64,000 nucleotides of DNA, taken from Verrucomicrobiota bacterium. Lineage in GTDB: Bacteria > Verrucomicrobiota > Verrucomicrobiia > Limisphaerales > UBA8199. Positions 30,528 through 38,564 of the stretch are shown here, one piece after another. The notes beneath the pieces are model-generated. The model was not told where the DNA came from and searched no databases. It worked only from the letters and a program-made list of their open reading frames with translations. The stretch lies in contig PSRM01000234.1 of the NCBI GenBank assembly GCA_003176045.1, forward strand, positions 223-64,222, in the 5' to 3' direction. The position numbers were made by a program, and so were the translations under genes. Numbering within the stretch: position 1 is the stretch's first letter; the number at the start of each line of letters is the position of its first letter.

Positions 30528-30731
30528 ATGAGAAAGCTGATCTGGGTTTTGATCGCGATGCCCATCCTACTGGCGGGCTGTGGAGGCTTCCACGCCAGCA
30601 AATCCATATCGCCCCTCGACTTCCTCCTTCCCGGCCTCATGCAAAACGACCCCTCGCGACCACCCGTCCCGGAATGCACGAATGCGCCCACGGTGCTGGC
30701 TGCGCAGACCGTGTCAGTCAGTAGTCCGTAG
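30528..30731 (+). CDS. small putative lipoprotein
   Basis: MRKLIWVLIAMPILLAGC lipobox signal peptide. Confidence 0.5.
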   Translation: MRKLIWVLIAMPILLAGCGGFHASKSISPLDFLLPGLMQNDPSRPPVPECTNAPTVLAAQTVSVSSP

Positions 30732-30806
30732 TCAGTGGTCTGTGGTCTGTGGTCTGTGGTCCGTCTTCGGAGGGATTAAGATTAAGAGAAAGATTACGAT
30801 TAAGAG
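30721..30806. repeat. short-word tandem arrays (GTGGTCTG words, then GATTAAG words)
   Basis: gtagtccgtagtcagtggtctgtggtctgtggtctgtggtccgtc ... gattaagattaagagaaagattacgattaagag. Confidence 0.9.
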
Positions 30807-31043
30807 GCGTGTGTATATGTACATCCTCAAAAAGGGCTGCAAGTGAGAGGTGCTCGGTAAATACGGGCTGAAACCGCGTTTTAAAGTGTGCTGCAAGTGT
30901 GCGGCAGGTGTGCTGTGGCTGGGAGGTGTCGGCAAATGCGGGGCGGAATTGGCCTTTTTGAGGGACCTCAAAGTGTGCTGCAGGTGTGGGAGGAATTGAG
31001 GACGTGGAAGTGAGAACGAGGGGCCAGGGGTGCTTCCGAAGCG

Positions 31044-31220
31044 GCGGCGCGCCTACGGAAAGCGCTCATCGTACAGACGAGAAATTCTCACCAGCGCGGC
31101 ACCATACTCTTTGGCGGTGGCGTCATAATCTACCCACTCGAACGCGAAAGGGTCGGTGTTGGTGGCGCGGAAGCGCAGGATCACGAATTCGTCAAAGCTG
31201 GGCCTGGCTCTCGAAACCAA
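31044..31220 (-). CDS. 58-codon ORF or gene fragment, unknown function
   Basis: My translation (TTG start): LVSRARPSFDEFVILRFRATNTDPFAFEWVDYDATAKEYGAALVRISRLYDERFP. Its composition looks coding, whereas the overlapping plus-strand frame is R/W-rich. Confidence 0.25.
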
Positions 31221-31293
31221 TTATTGCTCGGCGCTGGCGGTGCTTGTTGCTGAAAAGTATGGCCTCTCACGGTTTGCTGCTGCAGGATTCTTC

Positions 31294-31906
31294 GATGCGC
31301 TTTCAAGTTCTGGTCAATGAAGAGCCACGCCCGGTAGAACTCGTCTTTGGAGGTGCGCGCGATTTGGCGCTGGTGGACCGGTGGCGAGTTCCTCCTGGGG
31401 TCGCCTCCGGGTCGGGAGCGCGCGACGCACTGGAATTCGCTCGTCTGGCATCAAAGCGTTGGCGTTATTACCGAGAGTCCATTTCTACAGCATCTGACCT
31501 GGAGTCATTCAGGTCAATTCTCCAGCAGCGCCGTGAGTCAGAAATTTCCGTGCTGTTGGTGGTTCGGGCTGATTGGTTCAGTTACTCCCGCATTCTCGGT
31601 CTGGCCCAGTGCCGGCGCACTTACTGCCATCATATCATCCTGGAGTTTCTCGCTGTGCATCCTTCCATTGTCGGGGGCTTACAGCCGATGATTCGCGGTG
31701 TCGGCGCAGGTTTGATCTACAGTTTGGCCGTCCTGGCTGGAGCCGTGGATGTGCCGCTCATTTGGGGTGAAGCGACCGCCTTTTCTGCGCCCTTCTACGT
31801 GAAGACCTGCCGGCTTCCGAAAGTGGAGGACTACTTCTTTCTGCGCAAACGATCTCTGCAATTCTGTCGCGGGCAATTCCGTCGGAAATATTTCGGCGAG
31901 GCTTGA
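31294..31906 (+). CDS. GNAT-like acyltransferase-fold protein (tentative)
   Basis: C-terminal part of the 306-aa ORF. ILEFLAVHPSIVGGLQPMIRGVGAGLIYSLAVLAG...ATAFSAPFYVK resembles GNAT motif A (R-x-x-G-x-G/A) plus the following helix. The start is uncertain. Confidence 0.45.
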
Positions 31907-31937
31907 AATTCTTTGCTAAGAGACGGATACTGAAGCT

Positions 31938-32189
31938 GTGAAAAAGAGAACCGTCTCAAAAGAGGAAATGGTCAGGACTCTCAAAGAGGCTACTGCCTGT
32001 GAGGATTATTTTCCTGGCGTCCTCGGAAATCCGATTACCTTTGCCGCTCGTTGGGGGCTTCCTTTGTCGAAGAGCTATCTCAAGTTCAAGCAACGAGAAC
32101 TGCGAGCCGCCAAAAGGCAGGCGCACAGCAATTCCGCCGGACACAACGGTAACTCGAAAAGGAAGCGCCGCACGGATAAGGTCAGGTAA
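31938..32189 (+). CDS. small basic protein, possible DNA-binding (HTH-like)
   Basis: 83 aa with a GTG start. ITFAARWGLPLSKSYLKFKQRE is followed by a Lys/Arg-rich tail and then a terminator. Confidence 0.4.
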   Translation: MKKRTVSKEEMVRTLKEATACEDYFPGVLGNPITFAARWGLPLSKSYLKFKQRELRAAKRQAHSNSAGHNGNSKRKRRTDKVR

Positions 32190-32225
32190 GGGAGGCTGGC
32201 ATCAAAATCCGAAGATCTCAAATCT

Positions 32226-32265
32226 CCAGCCAACTCCTTTCGGCTGGCCCGTTTTCTATTTTCTA
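32226..32265 (+). terminator. rho-independent terminator
   Basis: ccagcc-aactcctttc-ggctgg followed by cccgttttctattttc. Confidence 0.6.
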
Positions 32266-32311
32266 TTGTCTAATCGCTATTCCCGGGATTTCTCCTCCCT
32301 CACTGCGTGCT

Positions 32312-32372
32312 CCGTAGTCCGTGGTCTGTAGTCCGTGGTCTGTGGTCAGTGGTCCGTCCTCGGTCTGGTCCG
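32312..32372. repeat. short-word tandem array (GTCCGTGGTCTG words)
   Basis: ccgtagtccgtggtctgtagtccgtggtctgtggtcagtggtccgtcctcggtctggtccg. Confidence 0.9.
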
Positions 32373-32648
32373 AACGGTGCGCGGGAAATCTAGCGCCCAC
32401 TCCGCGGCGGGTTCGAGCATGCTCCTGAGCAGGCTTCAGTTTGGATCGCACAAGAACGGTTTAGAGGATAGCAGCAGGGAATTCCAGTAGATTTGCTCAG
32501 CGAATCTCAGGGAATCCTGCACTAGTGGAAAAAACTCGCTCTGGACTCGGCGACGCCTTTTGATCAAGTCCCCGATAACTTGGAAGAGATTTCAGTCACC
32601 GCGAGTGCTTAGATTTTTTACGTTTCAGCGCGGACCGGGGTCTTGTAG

Positions 32649-34406
32649 CTAAACCTCGCGTTTTCGGAGGTGATCATGCACGTCTGAGATCAACCTCCAA
32701 GGCTGTTTGTCCAGATTTACCTCCAAATTAGGTACCAGCTGAACCGCTCGCGTAATCCAGGCGCGCTTATCGGCCTCCCAATGAACTCCATAGTCGCTTA
32801 GGGATGCCTCTAGCTCCCCGGACGGGTTGATAAAGAGGCCAGCAGCACCGCAAATAGCGTAGAGCTTTTCAAACTCAGCGCGAGTGTTTTTCAGCGCCGC
32901 CACTCCGCCTTTCTTCAAAACTTGCCAGCCCGAAGCATCAGCTTTCAATTTTTCTGATTCACGCCGAAGCTGGTCCAAAATCTTTTCCTGAACATTTGGA
33001 TTTCCCGCAAGCGCTGCGTCGGCAGCGGCTTTCATTTCAGAAATTCGCTTTCTTGCCGTTTCCAAGCGAGCCGAAGCAGGTGTAGCCCTTACTTCAGCGT
33101 CGATCTTTTCCCTCGCTTCCTGTGCTTTCGTGAGCGGATCTCCTGTGATTGCAGCAGCCTCAAGCTGTTTATTGAATTCTTCCGGGTTGTTTAGAACGTC
33201 AATATCAACGACGCCTGCACACTCCATTCCGAGCTTTTTATACGCAGCCAAAACTTTCGGCACCGTCTGCTTGTTGTCCGCATTAACAAAATGAAAATCG
33301 AGGCCAGTGTTCACTTTGTTCGACACCAACTGATAGAAACGCGAGTCCGCATCAGCCTCGGTTACTACAACTCCGGAATAAAAGAGGCCATTGAGCACGC
33401 CCGCAGCGCTAAGGAGCGGGTCAGCAGTTAACCTGCGGAGGTCAACCGGATCGAGTGTGTTGACAACATTGTTATCGCCTGCCCGGTCAATTCGGGCTAC
33501 TAAAACATCATTCGCCTTAAAAATAACTCCCCGCAACACATCGGCGCTATGGGTCGCCACGATAACTTGTCGTTCTGGCGACGCTTGAGATGCTATGAAC
33601 TGACCGATGCGAAACGCTTGCGGCGGGTGCAGAAAGGCTTCTGGCTCATCAATTAAGACAACTGGCCGCCGAAGTGTGGTCCGTGCGACGGCTATGCCAA
33701 CGTAACTGCGCAATCCGTCGCCCTGATCATCAAGCCGTTCGCACTTGACAAGGGTGGCTCGAGCGTCCCGTGGATCGGGGGGTAAATTGCTGAAGTCAGT
33801 TCCAACCTTAAAATCCAGCCTCTGCGGGATTGTGAAATCCAACACTATCTGAATTCCAGGGAAAGCCTCCGAAACAATCTGACGAATCTCCAACTCCTTT
33901 TCTCGTCCACTAGCGTAGAGCACCTGAAGCAGATTCGCAGCTTGATGGGGGTCAACGGCGCTTGGCTTCTGCGAAACGAGGCTCAACCGCCCCTCAGTCG
34001 TCAGCATTGCGGGGAGCTGCGCTCCGAAATGGGTCAAGAAATGATCCGGCCGCTTCACAAAGGCGTCAAAATCATCCGGCCATTTTCGAACGGCACCACC
34101 GTAACCGATATTTTGTTCGTCGTGTAGTGTTGGCTGTAAAAATCGAAAATGAGCCTGACCCTCATGATCCAAGATGGGCGAAATTCCGTAAGTGGATTCC
34201 AGTTCCTTCGCATTTTGAGGAAAGTTCGTAAGGGCACGTCCGACCACGAGAACACTCTTATTATTGGTCGTCGTAAGCTTCAGGATGTCTTTCAACGCGC
34301 GACTTTTGCCGCTGTTGTTTGGGCCCACGATCACCGTCAGATTTGGAAGGCTTAAGGTGCTCGAGTCGGAAAAGGTGATCTCTTGGATGCGGTAGTGATA
34401 GGGCAT
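32649..34406 (-). CDS. OLD-family-like nuclease: N-terminal ABC/AAA ATPase fused to a C-terminal TOPRIM-like domain
   Basis: Walker A VIVGPNNSGKS, signature-like DDQGDGLRSYVGI, Walker B VVLIDEPEAFLHP and VATHSADVL. TOPRIM-like Glu (GVVVTEADAD) and DxD (GVVDIDVL), then a coiled-coil of about 90 aa and GLFINPSGELEASL. 585 aa. Confidence 0.75.
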   Translation of the reverse strand: MPYHYRIQEITFSDSSTLSLPNLTVIVGPNNSGKSRALKDILKLTTTNNKSVLVVGRALTNFPQNAKELESTYGISPILDHEGQAHFRFLQPTLHDEQNIGYGGAVRKWPDDFDAFVKRPDHFLTHFGAQLPAMLTTEGRLSLVSQKPSAVDPHQAANLLQVLYASGREKELEIRQIVSEAFPGIQIVLDFTIPQRLDFKVGTDFSNLPPDPRDARATLVKCERLDDQGDGLRSYVGIAVARTTLRRPVVLIDEPEAFLHPPQAFRIGQFIASQASPERQVIVATHSADVLRGVIFKANDVLVARIDRAGDNNVVNTLDPVDLRRLTADPLLSAAGVLNGLFYSGVVVTEADADSRFYQLVSNKVNTGLDFHFVNADNKQTVPKVLAAYKKLGMECAGVVDIDVLNNPEEFNKQLEAAAITGDPLTKAQEAREKIDAEVRATPASARLETARKRISEMKAAADAALAGNPNVQEKILDQLRRESEKLKADASGWQVLKKGGVAALKNTRAEFEKLYAICGAAGLFINPSGELEASLSDYGVHWEADKRAWITRAVQLVPNLEVNLDKQPWRLISDVHDHLRKREV

Positions 34407-34740
34407 AGGATCGCGATCGTTACGCTTTGGGGACGCATTAAGGCGAGGGATGGTGACGACAACATCGTCGGGGTTCTCGGAGGTGTTGCAGTTGGTTGTC
34501 CCAAGCGCTTTGCTGAGGAGAATATTACCGGTGCGGTGTTCGACAAGATCTAATTATGGTCCTCATTGGTCAGCGCCGAGAATTTAAACATGCGGAGGAG
34601 TTCGGGCCACCTCCATCGGAAGGAATTTATTGCGAACCCGACTCCTTAAGAAGCGACGATCGGCGGCTGAACGCGTGTGGATGAAAAACGCAGAAAAGTT
34701 TCAGGTGAGGAAATCCATGCAGGGCGGGGCTCGCGAAATC

Positions 34741-34781
34741 ATAAAAAGGCGGGCTCGGGGCTGGCGCACGCCGAGCCCGCC
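34741..34781 (-). terminator. strong rho-independent terminator (minus strand)
   Basis: An 11-bp GC stem, ggcgggctcgg/ccgagcccgcc, followed on the minus strand by ttttTat. Confidence 0.65.
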
Positions 34782-35125
34782 AAGGGTGGTAAAATCGCCG
34801 AATCCGGCGCAATTGGACTAGCACTAATCATCAAGTTCAGGCGCGTTCTACTGTTAGAAGAGGATACGGGCGAGATCCATGGAACTCGCCCCGAGAACAC
34901 GATCCCGAGTCGTAGGCCATTTAGGCCTTTATTGGCATTCCGATAATATGGGCTTTAACCCGCGCCAGTTCTACCCCACCGGTTTATCACGCCGATTCGC
35001 TTTCGCTTGAAGGGTTGTGTTCTGGACGCTCATTATACTGTAAGTCAAACCGGGCTCGCATTAACAGCCTTCGGCTTGGGCTTTCTGTTGTCCTGTAGAA
35101 TTACCGAACTCAATAGAGGCTCGGC

Positions 35126-35290
35126 TTAGCGTAGTTTCTTGTCCTTTTCGCCGAACTCGAAAGTAATTCCGATTCCGGACTTATAGGTCGCTTTCGTAAT
35201 GCGGCGGGCGAGAATTGTCACCGCGCGTGCGACCGGGACAATAAACAGCACTGCTAATACGCTAATCAGCTGGGCGTTTATTTCTTGCAT
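35126..35290 (-). CDS. 54-aa single-pass membrane protein (hypothetical)
   Basis: MQEINAQLISVLAVLFIVPVARAVTILARRITKATYKSGIGITFEFGEKDKKLR: one hydrophobic helix plus a basic tail. Confidence 0.35.
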   Translation of the reverse strand: MQEINAQLISVLAVLFIVPVARAVTILARRITKATYKSGIGITFEFGEKDKKLR

Positions 35291-35881
35291 AGAAAAGCGG
35301 TTGCAAGCCCCGACTCCCTGCATGTCAAAGAACGTGAGTTTGTGTACAACAGAAGTTCGGGTTTTGCAAGTAAAATTAACTTGAGCGAGGGAGTTCCCTT
35401 TCTTGAGCCAATCTATCTTTATCTTCCGTGAGGAGGGTGACCTGAGTGGCTCCAGGTCGTTTTTCTGTCAGCTGGCTACGACAGCAAATACCGAAGCGCG
35501 CGAAAAGGGGGCCACCCATAGCATAGTTAGGCATGCCGGGGCGCGATTCTACCCGCTTAACCAATTGCCTCTGACATTTCGCGCTTCGAGGCAACAGAGG
35601 ACAGAGGAGAGTCGTCAGTGGGCAGTAGTCAGGCGTCAGTGGCCTGGGGTCGGAAATCAGCCACAGATGACAGAGAACGGAGGACACAGGACAGGTGTCC
35701 TGCTCTAGCGGGCTATAGCCACCGTGAAATGGGAGCTGGCTTGCAGTACCGTGGGATCTAAGATTTGAGATTTAGAATGTCAGAGAGGAAGGAAAACCGG
35801 GTGGGCCCTGAATTCTCGCACGCAGGTTTTTTTTGCCTGCGAAAGATGCGAGAAGGCGCGAAAAGCGAGAGTGAAGAAGCG

Positions 35882-36763
35882 CTACTTGTCCCAAGACAGC
35901 TTCGTCATTTGCGTTAGCTGCGCCATGATTTCTGAGTGACCCGCGATTAACTTGCTGTCCGCGATTATATACAAGCGCTGTTCGTTATGCTTTGCGTCGA
36001 TTTTGGACGTGCTGTAAGGGAGATTCGTCTTAGCGAGCAACTCGTTCACCTCTGGCGGGACCTTTTTCGAAAACCAGAAGACCAGCCTGGACTTGTTTCC
36101 ACCTGCAGTCTCGAGCTTGAGGTATCTCTGACCGTCAATGAGGACTGCGATGTACGAATTGACGTAGTGCAATTCAGCAGTGGGGAAAGTGGGGCTGATT
36201 GCTTCGAGAAGAGCTTTGGAGGTATCAAGCGTGCCGGGCGATTCCTGTCGCCAATATCCTTCGTTGCACTCCTGGTAAACTGATCCATTGGCTGAATCGT
36301 CCGGCTCGTCGTAGGCATCGAGTATTTTTGTAAACAGCAGGGATTTTGCGCCAGCCGTCTCGATAATGCTTGCCTGGATCGCTATTAACGGAATCGAGTG
36401 GCTAAAAAGATGAATTACCTCGAAGAACCTCCGGTTGATGTGTTCCGCCACCAGAACCGCGGAGTGTTGCCGTTGTGGGAATCTTCGCCGTTCCCTGTTC
36501 CAGTATTCAATCGTTCTGATTATGTGGGTCTCGTCTGTTTCCCCAAGCATTACTTCGACTTCATACATTGCGTCGTTATCCGGGTCTTTCAAGAGAATGT
36601 CGAGCCGGCCGCCATGTAACTGGCGCCGCTCTTTGTCCAATACTTCCAGGTCGCCAAAGCCCAAGATCGAGGGATTCTTGCAGATTTGGTCTTGCAGCCA
36701 AACCTCATCATGTCCCAACTCGCGGATTGAAACCGCTTTTGCTATCGCAATGTCGCCTTCCAT
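35882..36763 (-). CDS. NucS/DUF91-like PD-(D/E)xK nuclease-fold protein with an uncharacterised C-terminal domain
   Basis: HDEVWLQDQICKNPSILGFGDLEVLDKERRQLHGGRLDILLKDPDNDAMYEVEVMLGETDETHIIRTIEYW follows the pattern of restriction-endonuclease-like domains (ligand-sensing head, GxxD, ExE/K). Confidence 0.6.
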   Translation of the reverse strand: MEGDIAIAKAVSIRELGHDEVWLQDQICKNPSILGFGDLEVLDKERRQLHGGRLDILLKDPDNDAMYEVEVMLGETDETHIIRTIEYWNRERRRFPQRQHSAVLVAEHINRRFFEVIHLFSHSIPLIAIQASIIETAGAKSLLFTKILDAYDEPDDSANGSVYQECNEGYWRQESPGTLDTSKALLEAISPTFPTAELHYVNSYIAVLIDGQRYLKLETAGGNKSRLVFWFSKKVPPEVNELLAKTNLPYSTSKIDAKHNEQRLYIIADSKLIAGHSEIMAQLTQMTKLSWDK

Positions 36764-36856
36764 ATCTTGTTCCGCTGTGAACTGGACTGATTATGGTCCA
36801 GCGCGACAAAGGGTCAATGCGTTTTGCCTGCTTCGGTGACAGCCTCGATGGAACCA

Positions 36857-37906
36857 TCACTGGTTGTACGAACTGATCACGGTGCCAACCCAGTTTGGGC
36901 TGGTGTTGTCCGGAGATCGGGAGAGGGAGACTTCGGTTTGGTGGCCAAGATCAAACGGGTTACCAAAAGTGCAGCGAAGATAATTGGCACCACCCGCCGT
37001 GTTGTACAACTGGTTTGTGCCGCGGGTGCTCGGGTTCGCGAGGATTATCGAGTCCCAGTATTGGCCTTGGCCGAATTGGATGATGTAGGAGACCACTACC
37101 TGTCCTGGGTTGGCGCTGTTGACTATTCGCCAGCCGTCGGTGGTACCGTCACGTTCAAGGGTCAGTGTATCCGTGCGGGCCACGATGGAGCCAAGCGTCG
37201 AATTCGTGGATTGGATGCGGCGGATGATGAGGCCACGGCCAGCGGGTTCGGCTGTACCGGTTTCAGAGCCTTGGCGGAGGAGGCCGGCGAGTTTGAGGTC
37301 GGTGCCTACGGTCAGGGAGCCTGGGAATTGGCTGCTCCCGGCGGCGTCCAGCGCTAGATTTGCATCAATTTCAAGCTGAGCGGCTGGGCCCAAGCCCGGA
37401 CCTTCCTTAGAGGCGATGGAAGTCTGGCCGCTGGTGTCGCGCAGCATGAATCCGAAACCCGAGCCCCCTACATTGAGAGTTGCAGCTACGGCGGAGGTTA
37501 CGTCAATTGTGACGAAACGCTTGGCTTGGATTTTGGCGGCTGGAGCTGTGCCGATTATGATTGAGTCAGAAGTCGGCATCGGTGTGTTCGTAACAACAGC
37601 TTCAGTCCAGGGCGAAGTGATCGAGGTGGCGACGAGATCGCCAGAGTTGCGCGCGTTCACGATGTAGATTTTGAGCCTGGCGCTTACGATGTTGGTTGTA
37701 TTGAACTGGGCAGGAAGCGAGACGAGGTCGAACTGCAGGAGCGCGGCCTGATTCGCGTTGAGAGTGAGCATGGGTGCTTTCCCGTTGGCTGGGGTCAGGG
37801 CACCGGCGGAGGAAGTGAAGGTGTCTTCCGCAACGGGTAGCGAGATCGCTAAGGCTGAGGCGGTGACAAATGCGGAGATCACGATTGACGTTACGAGGGT
37901 TTTCAT
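36857..37906 (-). CDS. secreted DNRLRE-domain protein with an unknown C-terminal half
   Basis: Signal peptide MKTLVTSIVISAFVTASALA. AEDTFTSS...ALLQFDLVSLP...IVSARLKIYIV...ITSPWTEAVVTN...FVTIDVTSAV matches the DNRLRE pattern. Confidence 0.65.
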   Translation of the reverse strand: MKTLVTSIVISAFVTASALAISLPVAEDTFTSSAGALTPANGKAPMLTLNANQAALLQFDLVSLPAQFNTTNIVSARLKIYIVNARNSGDLVATSITSPWTEAVVTNTPMPTSDSIIIGTAPAAKIQAKRFVTIDVTSAVAATLNVGGSGFGFMLRDTSGQTSIASKEGPGLGPAAQLEIDANLALDAAGSSQFPGSLTVGTDLKLAGLLRQGSETGTAEPAGRGLIIRRIQSTNSTLGSIVARTDTLTLERDGTTDGWRIVNSANPGQVVVSYIIQFGQGQYWDSIILANPSTRGTNQLYNTAGGANYLRCTFGNPFDLGHQTEVSLSRSPDNTSPNWVGTVISSYNQ

Positions 37907-37984
37907 TGTCTGTAAGTGGTTCTTCGGTTGTGGCTGACATATTATTTGGCGGGTCAAGATCCCAAATGGTTGCGACGGCGGTGG

Positions 37985-38272
37985 TTACCGCACTGAGACT
38001 GGCGGCATGTATTTCGCATCGGGAGGCGGTGATTGGTAGTCAATGCGGCCCTTGGATTCTCTTGCGTTGCGAAACTCCAGGACTAGTCGGATCTTCTGCA
38101 TCTCGTCTGCGTGGTCGCGAAAGCAGCGGTAGAACAAGTAAAGCACCCATACCTGGGCCGCGAAGACGATTCCACCGACTACGAAGCCTGCAAAAGCGAG
38201 GTTGCGCAACATGTCTTGTTGCTGCTGAAGCATTTGTTGGTTGAAGCTCATCAGTTGTTGGAAGTCGGGCAT
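37985..38272 (-). CDS. 95-aa single-pass membrane protein with a Gln-rich N-terminus
   Basis: MPDFQQLMSFNQQMLQQQQDMLRNLAFAGFVVGGIVFAAQVWVLYLFY... Confidence 0.4.
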   Translation of the reverse strand: MPDFQQLMSFNQQMLQQQQDMLRNLAFAGFVVGGIVFAAQVWVLYLFYRCFRDHADEMQKIRLVLEFRNARESKGRIDYQSPPPDAKYMPPVSVR

Positions 38273-38389
38273 ACCAATAGACCAGCAGATCGGACGTGTG
38301 GCGTCAAGAGCCTTTCGCCTTGGCCGCGGGCCGTTTATTAGCCGCGCCACAGCGATTGATAGTCAGTGATTCGCGGCCCCACTTTCATA

Positions 38390-38515
38390 CTTTCATACCT
38401 CTTTGCGGCACGGCTCTGGCACGGCTCTGTCAGACCCTTGTCACGGCTTTTGGCACGGGTAAATCGCCAAAAAAACCCAGTAAAATGCAGATTGTCACGC
38501 TGTCACGGCTCAGAC
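38390..38515. repeat. short-word repeat region (CACGGCT words)
   Basis: ggcacggctctggcacggctctgtcag...gtcacggcttttggcacgg...tgtcacgctgtcacggctc. Confidence 0.75.
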
Positions 38516-38564
38516 CACCAGAAGGTCAAAAAGGGTGGCAAAACTGTTCATTAATCCACGATTT

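Noticed and set aside
30986-31293. N-terminal third of the 306-aa plus-strand ORF
   Set aside because: Its sequence is R/W/C-rich and unlike a protein (…WRWRHNLPTRTRKGRCWWRGSAGSRIRQSWAW…). The opposite strand has a better-looking short frame. Only the part from about 31294 is kept.
35040-35065. Sigma-70 promoter on the minus strand (TTGACT…TATAAT)
   Set aside because: The two hexamers are only about 5 nt apart rather than 16-18 nt, so together they cannot form a canonical -35/-10 pair. The TATAAT alone is weak evidence.
38411-38470. Sigma-54 promoter (two TGGCAC motifs)
   Set aside because: The TGGCAC occurrences are part of the CACGGCT word array. No proper TTGCW element lies at the -12 spacing, and there is no downstream plus-strand gene.
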